A program made the translations under genes and the position numbers. Of a stretch of 64,000 nucleotides of DNA, positions 37,401 to 51,777 are shown piece after piece. Below the pieces are notes generated by a model. That model ran no database searches, was not told the DNA's origin, and saw only the letters and a program-made list of their open reading frames with translations. The DNA is from Anthoceros angustus (Eukaryota; Plantae; Anthocerotophyta), in assembly GCA_010909165.1 (NCBI GenBank), contig MU008168.1:434001-498000 (forward strand), in the 5' to 3' direction. Every line of letters starts with the position of its first letter. Positions within the stretch are counted from its first letter, which is position 1.

Positions 37401-39520
37401 TTCTGCGGCGGTGGTGGCGTCCGGGGTTGGAGCTTTACGATGTCGGGGTAGAAGGCTTCATCGGCGATCGCGCCGCCCATGGCGAGGCTCTTGAAGGCTG
37501 GAAGGCGTGACCCGGCCCTCGATCTCGGGGCCATAGAGCTGAGGACTTCTTTGGAGACATGGGCCACAACCAACCTCCGCCACTCTGATGAGGAGGAGTT
37601 GCTGCGCTGCACGGCGATCCGAGAATGGAAGGCGTCACGGCGGGCGTAACGTTGTGAGGAGGCGTCGGCGGTTTACAGAAGTGGCGCAAGAGGCCCACGA
37701 TGCCGCCAACTCCGCTATCGTTCGCCCTCACAAATACCACTGGAGCCCATCCACGAGAGCGGCATCGCTGTAAGAGGCGGATTGTCTTGAAGGTAGGACC
37801 TCCTGCGCCTATTGCCATTCGACAATTGAAGTGCCCGGCTCTGGCCGGCCACTTTCCCACTTGCGGGTGTGGTGGGGTGGCAGCGAATCATGCGGGCCTA
37901 TCGACCTCTTCAAGCAACATTGTGATGGGAAGTCGTGTTCCCACGGTTCCATGTCCGATCGCAACCGGCATGGGGGTAGTTGGGCGGCAGTTGGAGGGGC
38001 CGACTACCGCTGCATCGGCGAGCATGGCGGCAGTGCAGCGAATCCCATGTTCATGAAGCTGCGTGTTTGAGGCGAGGACAACCCGGGGCTCGGGGACACC
38101 GCACCACATCAAAGAAGTCCACCTCGCGGATGGCGATTGTGTGTGAGTCGCGTGTGTGTGGAGTGTTCATCATAGCCTGCAGCCTTTCATTCTAACACGC
38201 GAGCCTCGACTCACGAGGCTCGGTTCTTTGGCTACCTCGTGTACATGGTCTTTGGCGGCCGGCGTGCAAGTGTCATGCCCCATGGACTGGCCATGCACCG
38301 CCCTTGGCGGCCGGATGGGCAGCGTGCGAAGGTGTGGCAAGATGCGCGGGCTCATCGTTCTTGAGGAAGGCCTTCAAGGCGGACATGAAAGCGTGCTACC
38401 GGAGGTGATGGGTGTGTTGTCTATCTTGAAGAAGGCCTCATGGGCAAGTGCGGACCGCGCATGCGGCCATCAAGGAGGCCGTTGCCCTCATCACGGTGGG
38501 ATCCGGAGTTTTTCGACATTTTGCACGCCTCCGGGACCGACTTGGCATGGAGGTGAGCATGGTCGAGAGGCTAGCAGGAGGTCTTGTTTAAAAGTGCTTG
38601 CATGTTGGGGGCTTGTGGGGACGGGTTCGGACTTGTGGTGCAGCTTGGGCCTTTCGGGCGGTGATGCCCATTGTGAACACGTTATCTTTGGAGGTGGTCG
38701 TTTCTTTTCTCCGGTGCTCAAGGATGTCTGAATAACTTCTGAGCAGGACCTTTGAGGCATGCACCCCAGTGAAGACCATGTTCGGTGACGGTCGTGGGTT
38801 GTCTTTGCGGACGGTAAACCTTCATTACGGACCGCGTGTTCTTTGGTGAGGCGCCAATTGTGGTGTTTGAAGTACCATTGATGACGGAGGACAGCTCCCC
38901 ACATGGCCTGGGACATTGCTCCTTCCATTGTATGACTCGAGGACACTATGTGCGCGAGGTCTTGCCATTTCTCACAACACGGTTTATGGCATGGCCTAGC
39001 GTAGATTGCCGAGCCGTTGTAGAGAGGTGGCCAAGTCGTTGTGTGATGTGTGATGTTCGATTGGGATTGTGGACTACATGTTTCGAAATGCCATCCCATT
39101 GGTAATTATTGATGAGCAAGTTGCGTGTTCATTGGCTGCGGTGTTCGCTTGTGAGTATGTGGGGCGAAGGAGGTAGCTTGTGCACACAAAGGAGGCGAAT
39201 TAATGCACCCGCTGCGGTCGAGAAGGACAACGTGGCGGCGCGTGCGGGAATCTTAAAGTGTGGCGGGAGGGCAATGACAGCGCCTCTGCGGTGCGAAAAA
39301 TCGCGATGCCGCCTTATTCAATTTCAAGCGGAAGGGAAGAGTCCATGCGCGCCCGTTGGAGGACACTCCATTCTCCGGGATCCGAGTTGTGGAAATCGTG
39401 GAGCCATGGCGGGTCGCCAGGCGAGAGCAAGACCACCGTTTCCCGCGCCGGAGGCGCGACAATCGAAACCACTGGGTGAAGGGACATTGGGAACTTCAAT
39501 CGCGGTCCGGTGCGATGGAA
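34440..39520 (-). pseudogene. Degenerate Mutator-like transposase (Zn-binding N-part ~39500-38500; DDE core ~36950-36100, partly duplicated at 35880-34820)
   Basis: Stitched across frameshifts: INNYQWDG; VGPGG; D..WTMN..DPAY..VSACDAS..WANL; STFVA-DEA (second-Asp-like); EC..F KLN (CxxH-like position); N..CEGMF (Glu-like); GRYRPG. Order and spacing fit MULE-type DDE transposases as I recall them; not HMM-verified. Confidence 0.5.
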
Positions 39521-41197
39521 GACACATGAGGCGGGGCGTGAGCAGTGGGTTGGGGTTGGGGGTGGCAAAGGCTAAGGAAAGGGGATGGGGAAACGTCATT
39601 GAGCATGGAGCGAAGAAGGCGGCGGTGGCTCGATGCGGTTGTTTTGCGGATGGGGGCCACAGGCGGTAGCGGCGGATCCGTTGGGCGGAGCGAGCGAGGA
39701 CACGGAGGCGTGGGCGGCGATGGCGGCGGGGCGCGTTCGCGGTGAGACGGTAGAGGCGTCGACATCATCGCCGTCCATGCCGGTGTTCGCGAAACGCTTG
39801 CCGGGACGACATTCGAAGCGTCGCATAGCGGATGGGGCCGGGACATGGTGGCGCATGTCTTGAGGGTGGAGGAGACAAGGGCTGCGGGCTTGGACTCGTG
39901 GGTGGTTTTGAGTGCGTGCGGGATGGAACCATGCGGTGGAGGATGCTCCGGATGAGAGGTGGGCAATGCAGTTGTGGGCGGGGTTGCGGCACATGCACGA
40001 GGTATCTATTTCAGCACATGGACACATTTGAATTGCGGAGGCTGCGAAGAACAAGGAGCCTCCCGGCTGGCGGATTGGTGGGTTGGGGGTCCAACACGGA
40101 AGGAGAAGGGGATGCGGAAGGCGATGGAGTTGGCCGCGGCGTTCGGAAAGAGTCACAATGGTGGTGGGGTGAGGCGGATGCAAAGTCATCTTGTGCTTGG
40201 TGACGATGGTCGAGTGTGCGTGGGTGGGTTCGATCGCGGCGACCCGTGTACCATCACGACGGTGGTGGACCACGATGCACCTTTGGGCTAGCGGACGCCA
40301 TGCATCCCTGACAAGGACATGCGGAGACTGCAAAGGCGATGGGTGGGCTGGGTGGAGTGGGGATGTGACACTCTCGGTGCATCACGTATGGACTGACCCG
40401 ACAGTTCCAGCTTAGATGTGTGGGCGGCGGGACTACATGGGCATGTTGGCGATGGCATGCGGATCGGCGGGGCGAATGACAATTGCCCAGCGGGTCGGCG
40501 GGGGGTGCCGCCCGATTGCAGCAGTATCGGTTGCCGTTTCTCCTTGACAACGATTTATGTCTTGTCGTGGACAAAATGAGCTTCTTTGCCGAAGAGGAGG
40601 CTTTGCGGCTGCTCACGTCATCCTCGAAACCTTCGCGATTATATGGGAGCCAGAAATTCCAGTGTAGGGGTGCTTGCTACAAGAGTCTCGTGTTTCTCTT
40701 CAGCGTGCACACACCGTGGCCTATCAAGTAGAGTTGTGGGGTGGAAGGCGTAGGAATAATGGTGGGGTCGGGGTATTTGCTTTGAAACATTGTATCGTGG
40801 ATTTGTGGAAAAAGCAAAGCGGGGCATGAATGTCCTTAGGCATGGGGGCGATCCGGAAGCAACCCAAAATCGCCGAAGTGAATAAGGCACATAGCGTTCA
40901 TTTCATGAAACGGTATCGGTGGCGTGGCGGATGTCGACATCTGCGGAGATGAGAAACCACGCATTGTCGTTAGATGGAACAAGTGGCGTGCTCGGTCTTT
41001 GAACCGACAGCGGCTCCAAGTAGTGAATCCAGCCTCGGGAGACACAGCAGCGGCGGTATGGTGAATAGCCAATCGCGAAACACTGCGGCGATCATGGGGG
41101 CCGGCGAGCAGGCGGGGTTGGGTTAACCAGGCGATGGTGGATTGATGGTAGCGAGGTCGGTAGCGATGAGAAGCGAGCGGTGTCGAGGGAAGGAGGG

Positions 41198-44100
41198 TGT
41201 GGAATGGGTTTTGCATCGAAGGCCAAAGAGGCCACATTACCCTCTATGTCGTTATAGTCCTAGGATTCGATCCCAAGGGAATGGTGTTGTGTCAAGGTGT
41301 GCTAAATCTATGGATTCTAGACACCTTGTCCCTACCTCACCTTCTCCGGCTACCTTGCCCAAACCCAAGTGGTGGACTCGGCCACCGCGGTGGCGGTTCC
41401 AACATGGCGGGCCCCCCTGCAAGCCTTCCGAGTCTATTAAATCCGACTTCTCTAACACGGACCTAGGCTATCGGACACCTATACGCCTCCTTGCCTTACA
41501 GGAATTTACTGCGATCCTACCACCACTCCCCCTCTGCGTTTCCGATTTTCCCTCGCACTCTCACAATCCCTCGGTAGCGCACACTACCCCTCAGGAACCT
41601 TTCCCTTCCCAATGAACTCTCTCCCTCGTCTCACGGGCCACACGGACCCCTTTCCCTTGGGCCACAGACCTTCCTTGGGCCACCAGACCCCTCCCTCATG
41701 GAATGAACACACAGTGGCAGCGGTTGGAAAGAGGATCGGGAAGAAACCCGATTGGTGCTTGGGCGATTCGCCTTCCGATTCCTCGGCCGTCCGGCTCCTA
41801 CCTCTTTTTGTGGCCTTCCGTTACCCGCGTGGAGCTTGGCCACTCCGCTCTCGACCATCCGAGATCTTCCGGCCTTCTTGTGACGGAAGGCGGTCGCGCT
41901 TGTTTGATCTTGACGGGCGTCTCCAATCAACCCCACTCGGCGGTTCGATACGGAAGTTCACACGAAATAAATCTTGAGAGACACCCGGAGGGTCTCTTAT
42001 ACATCCGGCTGGTCCAACACTCACTTCTCTTTAGTGTCTAAAATTGTAGCTCCTACCACGGCGCCCTTACCAATCTAAGCAACAACGGCTCTACGGTGAT
42101 GGAACTCCCTATCCTCTCGCACGAAAAAACCCGGTCCTAGGCTATCGCGACTCTCCTAAAATCAGTGGCCTGCCTCGCCCCGCCTCGCTCTCGCTCTTGG
42201 GGATCAACCTCCACCTCTCGCCTTCCAGGGACGTGGCGATATGCAGGCTGTCCTCGCCTCCATCCATCACGGATCCTTCATACCATCGTGGACAATCACG
42301 GGCCTTTCTTTGACAATTCTCGAGGATACATCCCTCCATCTGCGACACTCACCGTGGTGACTTCCCCACCTCGGTTCCCGTTCCACGGCGGTGGCTGGTT
42401 TAGCCACCGTGGTGGTTACTCCCCACGGTGGTTGTTTGACTCCTGCGGTGGTTGCTGCCTTTCTTGGTTTGGCCACCTCTCTCTTGACTCGGCCCTAGCG
42501 TCTCTTTCCGCTTGTACCTCTCACTTGACTTCTTGAATTTCTCCAAGGCGCCATCGCTTCCACTGCTCTGGACTCGCGAGACCTCATCCAAGCTCTTCAA
42601 TTGTAGCATCGCCCCTTGACTGATTTACTAAAGCTTCTGCTTGAGTGGACATGTGCCTTGCTCCCTGCCTTGCATAAGGCGCCGCACTCCGTCTGCGCTC
42701 CTCGGCCTTGCTCTCGCCTTCGGGCTTCCAACTTCTCCTTGAGCAACTTCTCCTGTTGGCCTTGCACACTCGGCCAGTGAGAGCCATGGGCTTGATCGAG
42801 GAGATCCGCTGCGTCGTGCCATGGCGAAGTCAAACCACCAAATCCCAAATTGGGCTGTCCCTTGCCCATCCGCCTCCACAACAATTCTCGTGTCTGACGG
42901 TGTCTCCTATCCCCACCTCGGTAGGACGGTTCGGTGAAATGTCGCCAAAAATGTCCGGAGCTCGTTGCGGTCTCGGCGTGTTAACCCCTCCTCTCCTAGG
43001 GGTTGATGCGCCCGCCTCTTCCCCGCTTCATTCTCCCCTAGCGGCGGTCATCCCACAGGAGGAGCAACTTACCATTTCCCTTTACTTTCTCCTCCTTTAC
43101 AGCGTTCTGCTGCCGTCTTGACACTGGTGACCACAGGTGTGTGTGGGTTCCTCCTCTGCTGTGCCTCCCCCCGCCCGATCCCGTTCGACCGTTGCGCCCT
43201 TCGCTTCTTACCCTTGGAAACTTCCCCACCCTCTTAGAACCTTCGAGCGCACTCCCAAGCTGGAATCCTTGCGAATCCTCCTTCAATTCCTCCTCTTCTA
43301 CCTTGAGTTCACGGCCGGCTTCCAACCATGCGGGACACGACTTCAACTCGTTAAACACGGAATGCGCAAATACATGAATCGAAAAGGCGAAATCAAGGAG
43401 GGCCGAGGGAAGAAGAGTAAATTCGCCTTCTCCTCAGGCTCTTTCGAAAATCATCCTCCCCAATCAATTTGTGTACCCTTGACCACCTCGTGAAGAAAAA
43501 CCAAGAAGTGATCCGCCATATGATCCGACTTCCGGTTACAGGAAACACAAAATCCATTTGGCCAATCCCACCATGCGAGCGAGGACATGAGCATCCTCAT
43601 CCGGACGCCGTACTGTCGCCCCCGATCTGAGGTCCTTACCCTCTCCTCCGTGGACAATCCACAGGCGGTGCTGTTGATTCTCGGGATCATCCCTCCATCT
43701 GCGACACTCCCAGGTGACTTCCCCACCTCGGTTCCCGTTCCACGGCGGTGGCTGGTTTAGCCACCGTGGTGGTTCTTCGGTGGTTGTTTGGCTCCTGCGG
43801 TGGGCATTGCTCGGCCTTTCTTGGTTTGGCCACCTCTCTCTTGACTCGGCCTAACCCGTCTCTTTCCGCTTGTACCTCTCCATGACTTCTTGAATTTCTC
43901 CAAGGCGCCATCGCTTCCACTGCTCTGGACTCATGAGACCTCATCTTGAAGCTCTTCAATTGTAGCATCGCCCCTTGACTGATTTACTAAAGCTTCTGAG
44001 TGGACATGTGCCTTGCTCCATGCCTTGCATAAGGCCGCCGCACTCCGTCTGCGCTCCTCGGCCTTGCTCTCGCCTTCGGGCTTCCAACTTCTCCTTGAGC

Positions 44101-45912
44101 AACTTCTCCTGGCCTTGCACACTCGGCCAGTGAGAGCCATGGGCTTGATCGAGGAGATCCGCTGCGTCGTGCCATGGCAGTCAAACCAAATCCCAAATTG
44201 GGCTGTCCCTTGCCCATCCGCCTCCACAACAATTCTCGTGTCGGTGTCTCCTATCCCCACCTCGGTAGGACGGTTCGGTGAAATGTCGCCAAAAATGTCC
44301 GGAGCTCCGTTGCGGTCTCGGCTGAAGTTAACCCCTCCTCCTAGGGGTTGATGCGCCCGCCTCTTCCCCGCTTCATTCTCCCCTAGCGGCGTTCATCCCC
44401 TGCACACAGGAGGAGCAACTTACCATTTCCCTTTACTTTCTCCTCCTTTACCGCGTTCTGCTGTAGTCTTGACTGGTGACCACAGGTGTGTGGGTTCCTC
44501 CTCTGCTGTCCTCCCTTCTTCGCCCGATCGTTAGTTGCGCCGCTTCTTACCCTTGGAAACTTCCCCACCCTCTTAGAACCTTCGAGCGCACTCCCAAGCT
44601 GGAATCCTTGCGAATCCTCCTTCAATTCCTCCTCTTCTACCTTGAGTTCACGGCCGGCTTCCAACCATGCGGGCGGACCACGACTTCAACTCGTTAAACA
44701 CCGGAATGCCAAATACATGAATCGAAAAGGCGAAATCAAGGAGGGCCGAGGGAAGAAGAGTAAATTCGCCTTCTCCTCAGGCTCTTTCGAAAATCATCCT
44801 CCCCAATCAATTTGTGTACCCTTGACCACCTCGTGAAGAAAAACCAAGAAGTGATCCGCCATATGATCCGACTTAGGTTACAGGAAACACAAAATCCATT
44901 TGGCCAATCCCACCATGCGAACGAGTTGGCGAGTCACCCGACCATTGTTCACTCTCACTTCCCGAGGCTTCATGAGCGGCCTGCCTTTCAAGGTCTTCTT
45001 TTTGGGGTCAATCACCAAGCTCCCATCCTCGATGCTTCTCGCCCTTCTTTGCTCGAAAAGGGCCAAATCCAGATTCTGCGGCCTTTTCCTCGCGTCACCC
45101 TCTTGCGACTTGGTCCTTAATTGCGGGCGCACTCTTGCACCAATGCGGTCGTAGCACCATTTCTTCTCCATGAACTTGAGACCCGGCTCACGCACGGCTC
45201 TCACTTTCCGATGGTCCATGTTGGGCCCCTGCGTGAGTGAGATTTGCCGCGGCTCGGGCGCCATCTCCTTCTCGTTGTCTCCCAAAACAAAACCTCGACT
45301 ACCCTGCGGATCACGGTCGAGAGAAAAAAAATCGAGCCGCCCTCGCTCCTTCCACGCCTCCTCGCGAACTTGCGGCGATTTCTCTCCTCCGCCGCCCGCT
45401 GCCTGTCACGATCGTCGCGCCTTCCTCCTGCAGTGAGGCGGTGATTTGGCGCTGGCGTCGTGTGCAGCGCCCCTCTTCTGCGGCTCGCTCATTGCCCCTC
45501 ACGGAAAGTCGCGACCTCGCGGTCTTGGGTGTGCCCTTCTCCCGATTCGCTCCGGGTGTGGTCCGCTCCGCCACTAGGGTTGTAAATTCCCCACAGTGCA
45601 TGCGTCCGTTTCTCGGCCACCGTGGTGGAACTAGCCACCACCCACTTGACTACACTGTGGCATATTGTGAGCATCCCTAGCATATATAGACACCTTTTAT
45701 TCTAAAATTCCCAATACCCAAGGACTCTATTTCTACCCCACCTCGGGGTCAAACCTAAGGTCGAAAAATTATTATTATCTCCAAGGGCCAAGGACCATTC
45801 CGTATAAAAGACGACTCGGGATTCTCAAAGCACTGCTATTCTAACACCCAAAACAAAAAAATCGTTCACACGACACTTGAGAGCGGGGTTAGTGCACATG
45901 TGGTCTTCCACA
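41198..45912 (-). repeat. 3' LTR (4.7 kb, including an internal ~1.3-kb duplication)
   Basis: Collinear with 54408-57662. About 42330-43575 is repeated at about 43690-44920. Confidence 0.9.
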
Positions 45913-45926
45913 TACTCCCTTCTCAT
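45913..45926 (-). promoter_or_regulatory. Polypurine tract
   Basis: Minus strand atgagaagggagta immediately precedes TGTGGAAGACC. Confidence 0.75.
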
Positions 45927-45949
45927 TTGTTGGCGTCCTCGCCAACTTA

Positions 45950-48900
45950 TTGGTAATATTTCTTGACCCGCCAACCGTTGTGGCGTTGGCAAGGGTGAGC
46001 CACTAAAATCTTGGAGTTGAATTGATCCGTTGTCGAAAACTTCGAAAACTACGAAGGGCCCCATCCATCGAGATGTAATTTACGGAAAGTGCATGTATCG
46101 GTTATCGTATAGTAAAGCGGATCCCGGGAACAACGTATTCTTGGCGCTTCAATCTCTTGTCGTGCCACTCCTTCCTCCTGTCTTTGGACATCCGCATAAC
46201 TTGGAGGCTTGTTCTGTCCTCCGTGTCGTCTGAAACCCACCAACCTTTCCAATGACTTTCCTCCAGCATTCGACTTGGTTCCTGTATTCTCGGTGGAACT
46301 TGAATTCTATTGGCATGACGAATGCCGTAAGTGAATGTCTGAGGTTTCTGCGTTGTCACTTTTCCATGATCCAATGCATACGGTCTTGAATCGATTTCAT
46401 ATCGATCATACGCATAGGCGGTGAGTTTGGTTAGGATCTTGCACAACAAGCCATTTGCCTTTTCCGTGACCCATTGGCTTTTGGGTTATAAAGGCGTGGA
46501 CTTCACGTGGCGGCGTTGAAGTGGTTGGTCATGTTGGAATTACGATTGTGAAATGTGTTCCTCTCAGCCCTCAATGCAGCCATATCGGTGATGATTTGCT
46601 CGAGCAGAATCGCCGACGTGCGAATCTACTGCGGTGCATGCTTCTACCATCCAGCGTCTGATGTCTGTGGCCACGGGATGTATTGGTTTTGGCGAGCCTT
46701 GGTTTTTGGATAGGACCGACAAAATCGATTCCCCATTTCTCGAATGGTGCGGTGCAAGTATGGGGACAAGGGGCCATTGGGTTGTTCTGTTGGCTTGCCG
46801 ACCCTTTGGCAAGCGTCGCGGCTTCACGAACTCCAGGCATCCTTGTACATTGTAGGCCACCAATAGCCCGACCTCAAAATTTTCTGCATGTGACATGCGG
46901 CATAATGACCTCCGCCTCTTCTTCGTGTAAGAGCTCGGGACTCCGCTCACACGCAGTGCGTACCCATAACGCTCCGTCGGGATGACTCGGTATAAATTCA
47001 TATTGTGCCGTGTGATAGTGGAGTAGTGGACAACGCTTTGAATCGTGTCTTGGATAGGATGTGGAGGAATTTGGCCTGCCAAGATAATATATCTCGATAT
47101 GTTGGTCTTAAAACCCTCCCTTCTCAATCGATCTTGGCTCCTCCTTCCTTGGGCTTCACTGGTTGGTTTGCAACTCCTATGACAGTGTCTCATCGGAAAG
47201 TCGTCTTCACGGTGGTTTTCCACCTTTCCTGTTTTCAATCGAGATATGAAGTCGGCATTGATATGCTTCCTACCCTCTCTCGTTTCCCTTTGTGAAGGTA
47301 AACTCACGGCAAGATCCAGCTGCGTCCGAAAGGTCGGGTTTATTCACAAGGTGTTTCAAGGCAAAGTGGTCAACATGGAACACAAATTCATACGAGAGGA
47401 GGTAGTATCGAATTTCGACCGAGTAAACCATTCCCGATTGCTTGGCGCTCCGTGGTGGTATACTTTCTCCGCGTCCGTTAGTTGTCTCGGCATAGTAGAT
47501 CGGAAAATCCTTCTTCTTCTCATCCCGCTGGGGACCCAATTGCAAATCTTTGAAACATCAGCAGCGTGGAACTTCTTACTCGATCCGGTCCTTTTAGCGT
47601 GGGGCTGTGGCGATGTAGTGCGTAAGTCACGAAATGCTTCCTCCGTTCGTCGTCCTCCACTCGATCCTTCCTTAACAAGCTCGTTAGTGGGGCGGCGCTT
47701 GGCGAAATTTGGAGCAAGCGTCTATAATGACCATCCCGGGAACCCGCGGAGTTCCTTTAGCGTTGTTGGTGCTCTAAGGGTGGCGATGACCTTTACCTTG
47801 TCCGGATCTACTTCTATACCTCGGCTTGAAAATTCGATGCCCCAGAATTCCTCGACATGCAGTAGCACTTTTACGGATGCGGGCATAATTGCGTTGCTCG
47901 ACAGCGCTCCGAGGCACCGGTGCGGAGATGGTCCTTGGACCCGGTCGAAGTCGTCGGAAAACTTCCATAAAGTCGCGAGGAAGTCCTTGAAAATTTTGGC
48001 GATGGCTCGCATGAAGGACCGGTGCTCCGTCAACCGTCTGCGCTTGTAAGCATATGTCCCCGATCGGTTGTAAGCGGTCGAGGCCAATCGCTCTCCCTAA
48101 GGTGCGGTGATTATACCCAGTACCGTCTAGGAATGAATCGCCATTACACTGCGACGGATCCGAGGATATTATCGATGAAGGGTAGCGGAAAGTGATCCTT
48201 CTTGGTGACCTTATTCAACCTTCTCCGATCGACAAACTCGGATTTTGCACAGGCCTCTTAGGTACTACCACTATTGGAGCCACCCATTCGGTATTGACTA
48301 TAGGATAGATCACGTCCGCCTTGAGGTACATCTCCAAGCGATCCTTTACCTTGAGGAGTACTTGGTTAACTTGTCTTGTGGAATCCCTTGGGATTGCTCA
48401 CGGTTCCAGTCAATCCTATGCTCGCCCCATTCTTTGGGATCCCTTCATGTCTGTTACCTCGGCGAAAACATCGATGATTACGCAGCGTTGCTTCATTCCT
48501 TCCTCCAACGCCGCATCCATTGTTACGGAGAATTTGAGCACCTTACGGAAGAACCTCAGCGTCCTTGACTTCATCGGCTACCACTCGCTCTCGTGCGGTG
48601 CTAACCCGAATCCTTCTTACGGCTCCGCGGTTCCTCTTCTCTCATGCCCCATTCCCTAAACAAATCCTCCGGCGTGCTGCGTGGCCTCCTCCGCTTTCAC
48701 CACTGCTTAGAATCCGCCGGACCCCTTGGAGCATTCGGCGGTTACCCGTAACGACCCTCTTGGGTTAATTGTATATGGATATCTGCGGTAGTCACGCTCC
48801 TCATCGAGACCATGAGATGTGTGCGAGCAGGAACCTATCTTCCTCTTCCATCTCCCACGTGTCCTCTGCCGAGTGTACCCTTGTTTGATTGGAGTTTCAC

Positions 48901-51500
48901 ACGCATACATGTCCTTACTCCACGATAGGCACATCCTTCCCTCCTTGGTCTTGGGATCCCATTCCAGCGGTTTAAAAACGACTTCCTTCCTCCCCACTTG
49001 GCGTGCATTGCGATCGTACATCCATGTTCGGCCAATTAGGACGTCGTGCCACAGCGATTTTCTTTGGATGACTACATAATCCATCAAGTAGGGATGGTTC
49101 CAATGGTCGTTAGCACCTGTCGGTTCCCCGGCACCATTACGGACATGTCGGCTAGCCTCAAAACCTTGGTAGTATGTTCAATATCCAAGCCCAATTTCCT
49201 AGCCGTGTCTTACATCATAATATTTACACCGACCCGTGTCGAGAGGCACTCCTTTGATGACACATCCGAAATTTCCACAGGTTGGTGGGCCTTGATCCAC
49301 CATGGATACCAAGTTCACATGGCTTTGGGGTATATAACATTGCGCCTCTTTTGGGTTGCGCCTCTTTTAACGCCCTCGATCATTGCCTATAGGATTGTCT
49401 CGGAGGAGTTGTCGAATGTGATCATGAAATGTTGGTCCATGATGGCCTCGGCGAGATTGAAAGAAGCGGTGGCCCTGACCTTGCCATCCGAGTTTGGTTG
49501 GTGGGTTCCGGTTCGTCATGACTTGGGGTACGGTGGCCCTTCGGTGGTGGTGGACTCCCACAGGGTGGTGGAAATCGACACCCCGCCTTTTCCCCGTAGC
49601 CTCCTTGCCAATTCTTCTTGTATCATATCCATGACTTCACCCGTCGTCCGGTGGAAACCCTAACTCGGTTCGGTAACTTTCTCTGAAATCGGTAGGGTTT
49701 CCCCCCACTTCGTCGTGACCTTCATTCACCTTTCCGTTGGAACACTCCAGTCTCGGTGCATCACTCTTTTGCACATATGGTCCATCCAAGTCACTGCGGG
49801 ACTTGTTTTCTAAATCTGTGCGTTCCGGTGTTGGTATTTCGCCCCTGGTGGCGACACTCTCTCCCTCATCGATCCGTGGTATCCGCCTCCTTTCTTCTTT
49901 TTTCCCCACTCGCCTCTCTTTTGCTTTTGTGCTCCTTGTTCTACGACCATGGCGAGGCTTCCCCATAATAATCGCTTCCTCTGCGTCTAATCCTCCAAGC
50001 TCCTCGGGGTTCCAATCTCGGCATCCTCCCATACCGCCATAAGTGCGTCCTCAACATGCATGGCGGACCGGACTTGGGTTTTGGGAACTCCCGTTACTGG
50101 GTGCGCGATCCTCACCGTCTTTCGGGGCTTTGGCGAGCACACTTCACGCCAAATGCCCTCCTCTAATCTTGACATAGTTTATCAAAATCTCCATTGCCTT
50201 GGCGAGTTGGATAAGGCGGTATGCATAGTGTCAAGGTTGCGACAATTATAGCACAAGACGGTGCCCATTGGATTGTTACCCTTGTGATTCTGACGCCTAC
50301 CCCTGGAATTACGTAGGTTGGGTACATGGTCTTTGGGTACACTTGGGTTGGTGAACCTCCACGGATCGGTATGTATCTTCCACGGACCCTCTTCCTCCTC
50401 TTCCTCATATCCCGGTGTACCCTTGTCGTCGGACAATTAGCTTTGGAGTGTCCCTGCGCCCACCGTTGAGCAGAAGAGGTTGGCTCGTGGGTTCGTGTGA
50501 CTCTCCGCCTCTCATGTTCCTTGACCGCATTAAGATGGAATTTCGAATTTTGCCATCATCTCCTCCATCTTGTTCCCTGTTGTTCTACTTTCTTGTTGCT
50601 ACCTCGGCCTCCCTCCTTGTTCGCGTCCTTCTTTGCATCGCCGCCTCTGTTTTGCCCTTGACTCCTTGTTGTCCGTGCGACCCTTCATTTCTTTTTTCCA
50701 TTTGGCGCTCCTCATCGATGGCCTTCCTCCGAATCACTCGTTTCCTCCTCAGGAACTTTCTGGAATCTTCTGGAGCTTTCTTCACGATGAACTTCCTTAG
50801 GAGGATGAGGATCCTTCTTTTTTCCATCGGCTTCTTCTTCTCCTTCTTAGCCTTCCTCCTCCCTTGCGGGTTGGATTCCTCATAGTTTAGCGCCGCCTTG
50901 ATAGCCTTGCCCAAATTCTTCTCCGCTTGTAACCTTCGTGTCTCCCCATCTTAGAACCCAGGGCCTTTAGCGAACCACCGTGTGCAACTCAGTGAGGGCC
51001 CACGATCGCGTGGCTGAAACCTCTCCACATACGCTGCAAGGTTTCCTTCTTTCCTCTCTGACTTTTCAAGCTTGGACAACACGTATCCCTCGTCAAGCCC
51101 CAGACCTTTCACGGGCGGTTTTAATTCTTCATAGGTTCTTTGGAGGTGTGGGCGACTTGAGGTATTCGCCTATACCACTGGACCCCGAAGAACTCCATAG
51201 AACAAGAATCTGTTGTGCATCTCCGCTTCTGGTTTGCAAATGTTGCTCAAACGCTCAACAAATTCATCGGGGTCTTCATACCTTCCCTCTCTCCCCTGGA
51301 TAAGGTTGCTTGGTGGTGACCACCACCGGTGGTGGTGGTCATGACTATCGTTCTTGATTCGGTGTGGTTGGTCCAACAACGGTTCTGCGAGTCGATTGAT
51401 CTCCAGATCGCACACTTTTGGAAGAGAGGTCGGTGGATGGAATTGGTCGAGGTTCCTTGGCGGTGGTACCTCGTCCAAGTCCGAGGTTGGGGATCTTGCT
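45950..51500 (-). pseudogene. gag-pol polyprotein (frameshifted)
   Basis: Gag CCHC CYNCRNL.. (~50250); protease VPLDTG and VLIGRTW (~49240-49020); RT ..FMRAIAKIFKDFL..DD, SSRGIEVDPDKVKVI..APTTLKELRGF; RNase H RYYLLSYEFVFHVDHFALKHLVNKPDLS; integrase APFEKWGIDFVGPI and GPF motif GPFVVFEVFDNGSIQL. Confidence 0.9.
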
Positions 51501-51777
51501 CCAACAAGATCGGACCCCGTCCCCGGTTGCTTCCTTACCTCCTTCTCCTTCCAGCGGGTGCGTCTTGGTGGACCCTCCTCAACTCGCGGTTTGCAACCCT
51601 TTTAACCTTTCCGATTGCTTGGCGTTGTCGCTCTCGTGTGGCCTTCCGTCCGACTTGACTCGAACCCTCGACTCAACCCGTGGCATCCATCTACCTAACT
51701 AGATACACTCCAAAACTAGACACCTAAGCTATGGTTAGTCCCCTATAACCTTCGGTTTTCATTCCCGACAGCCAAAA

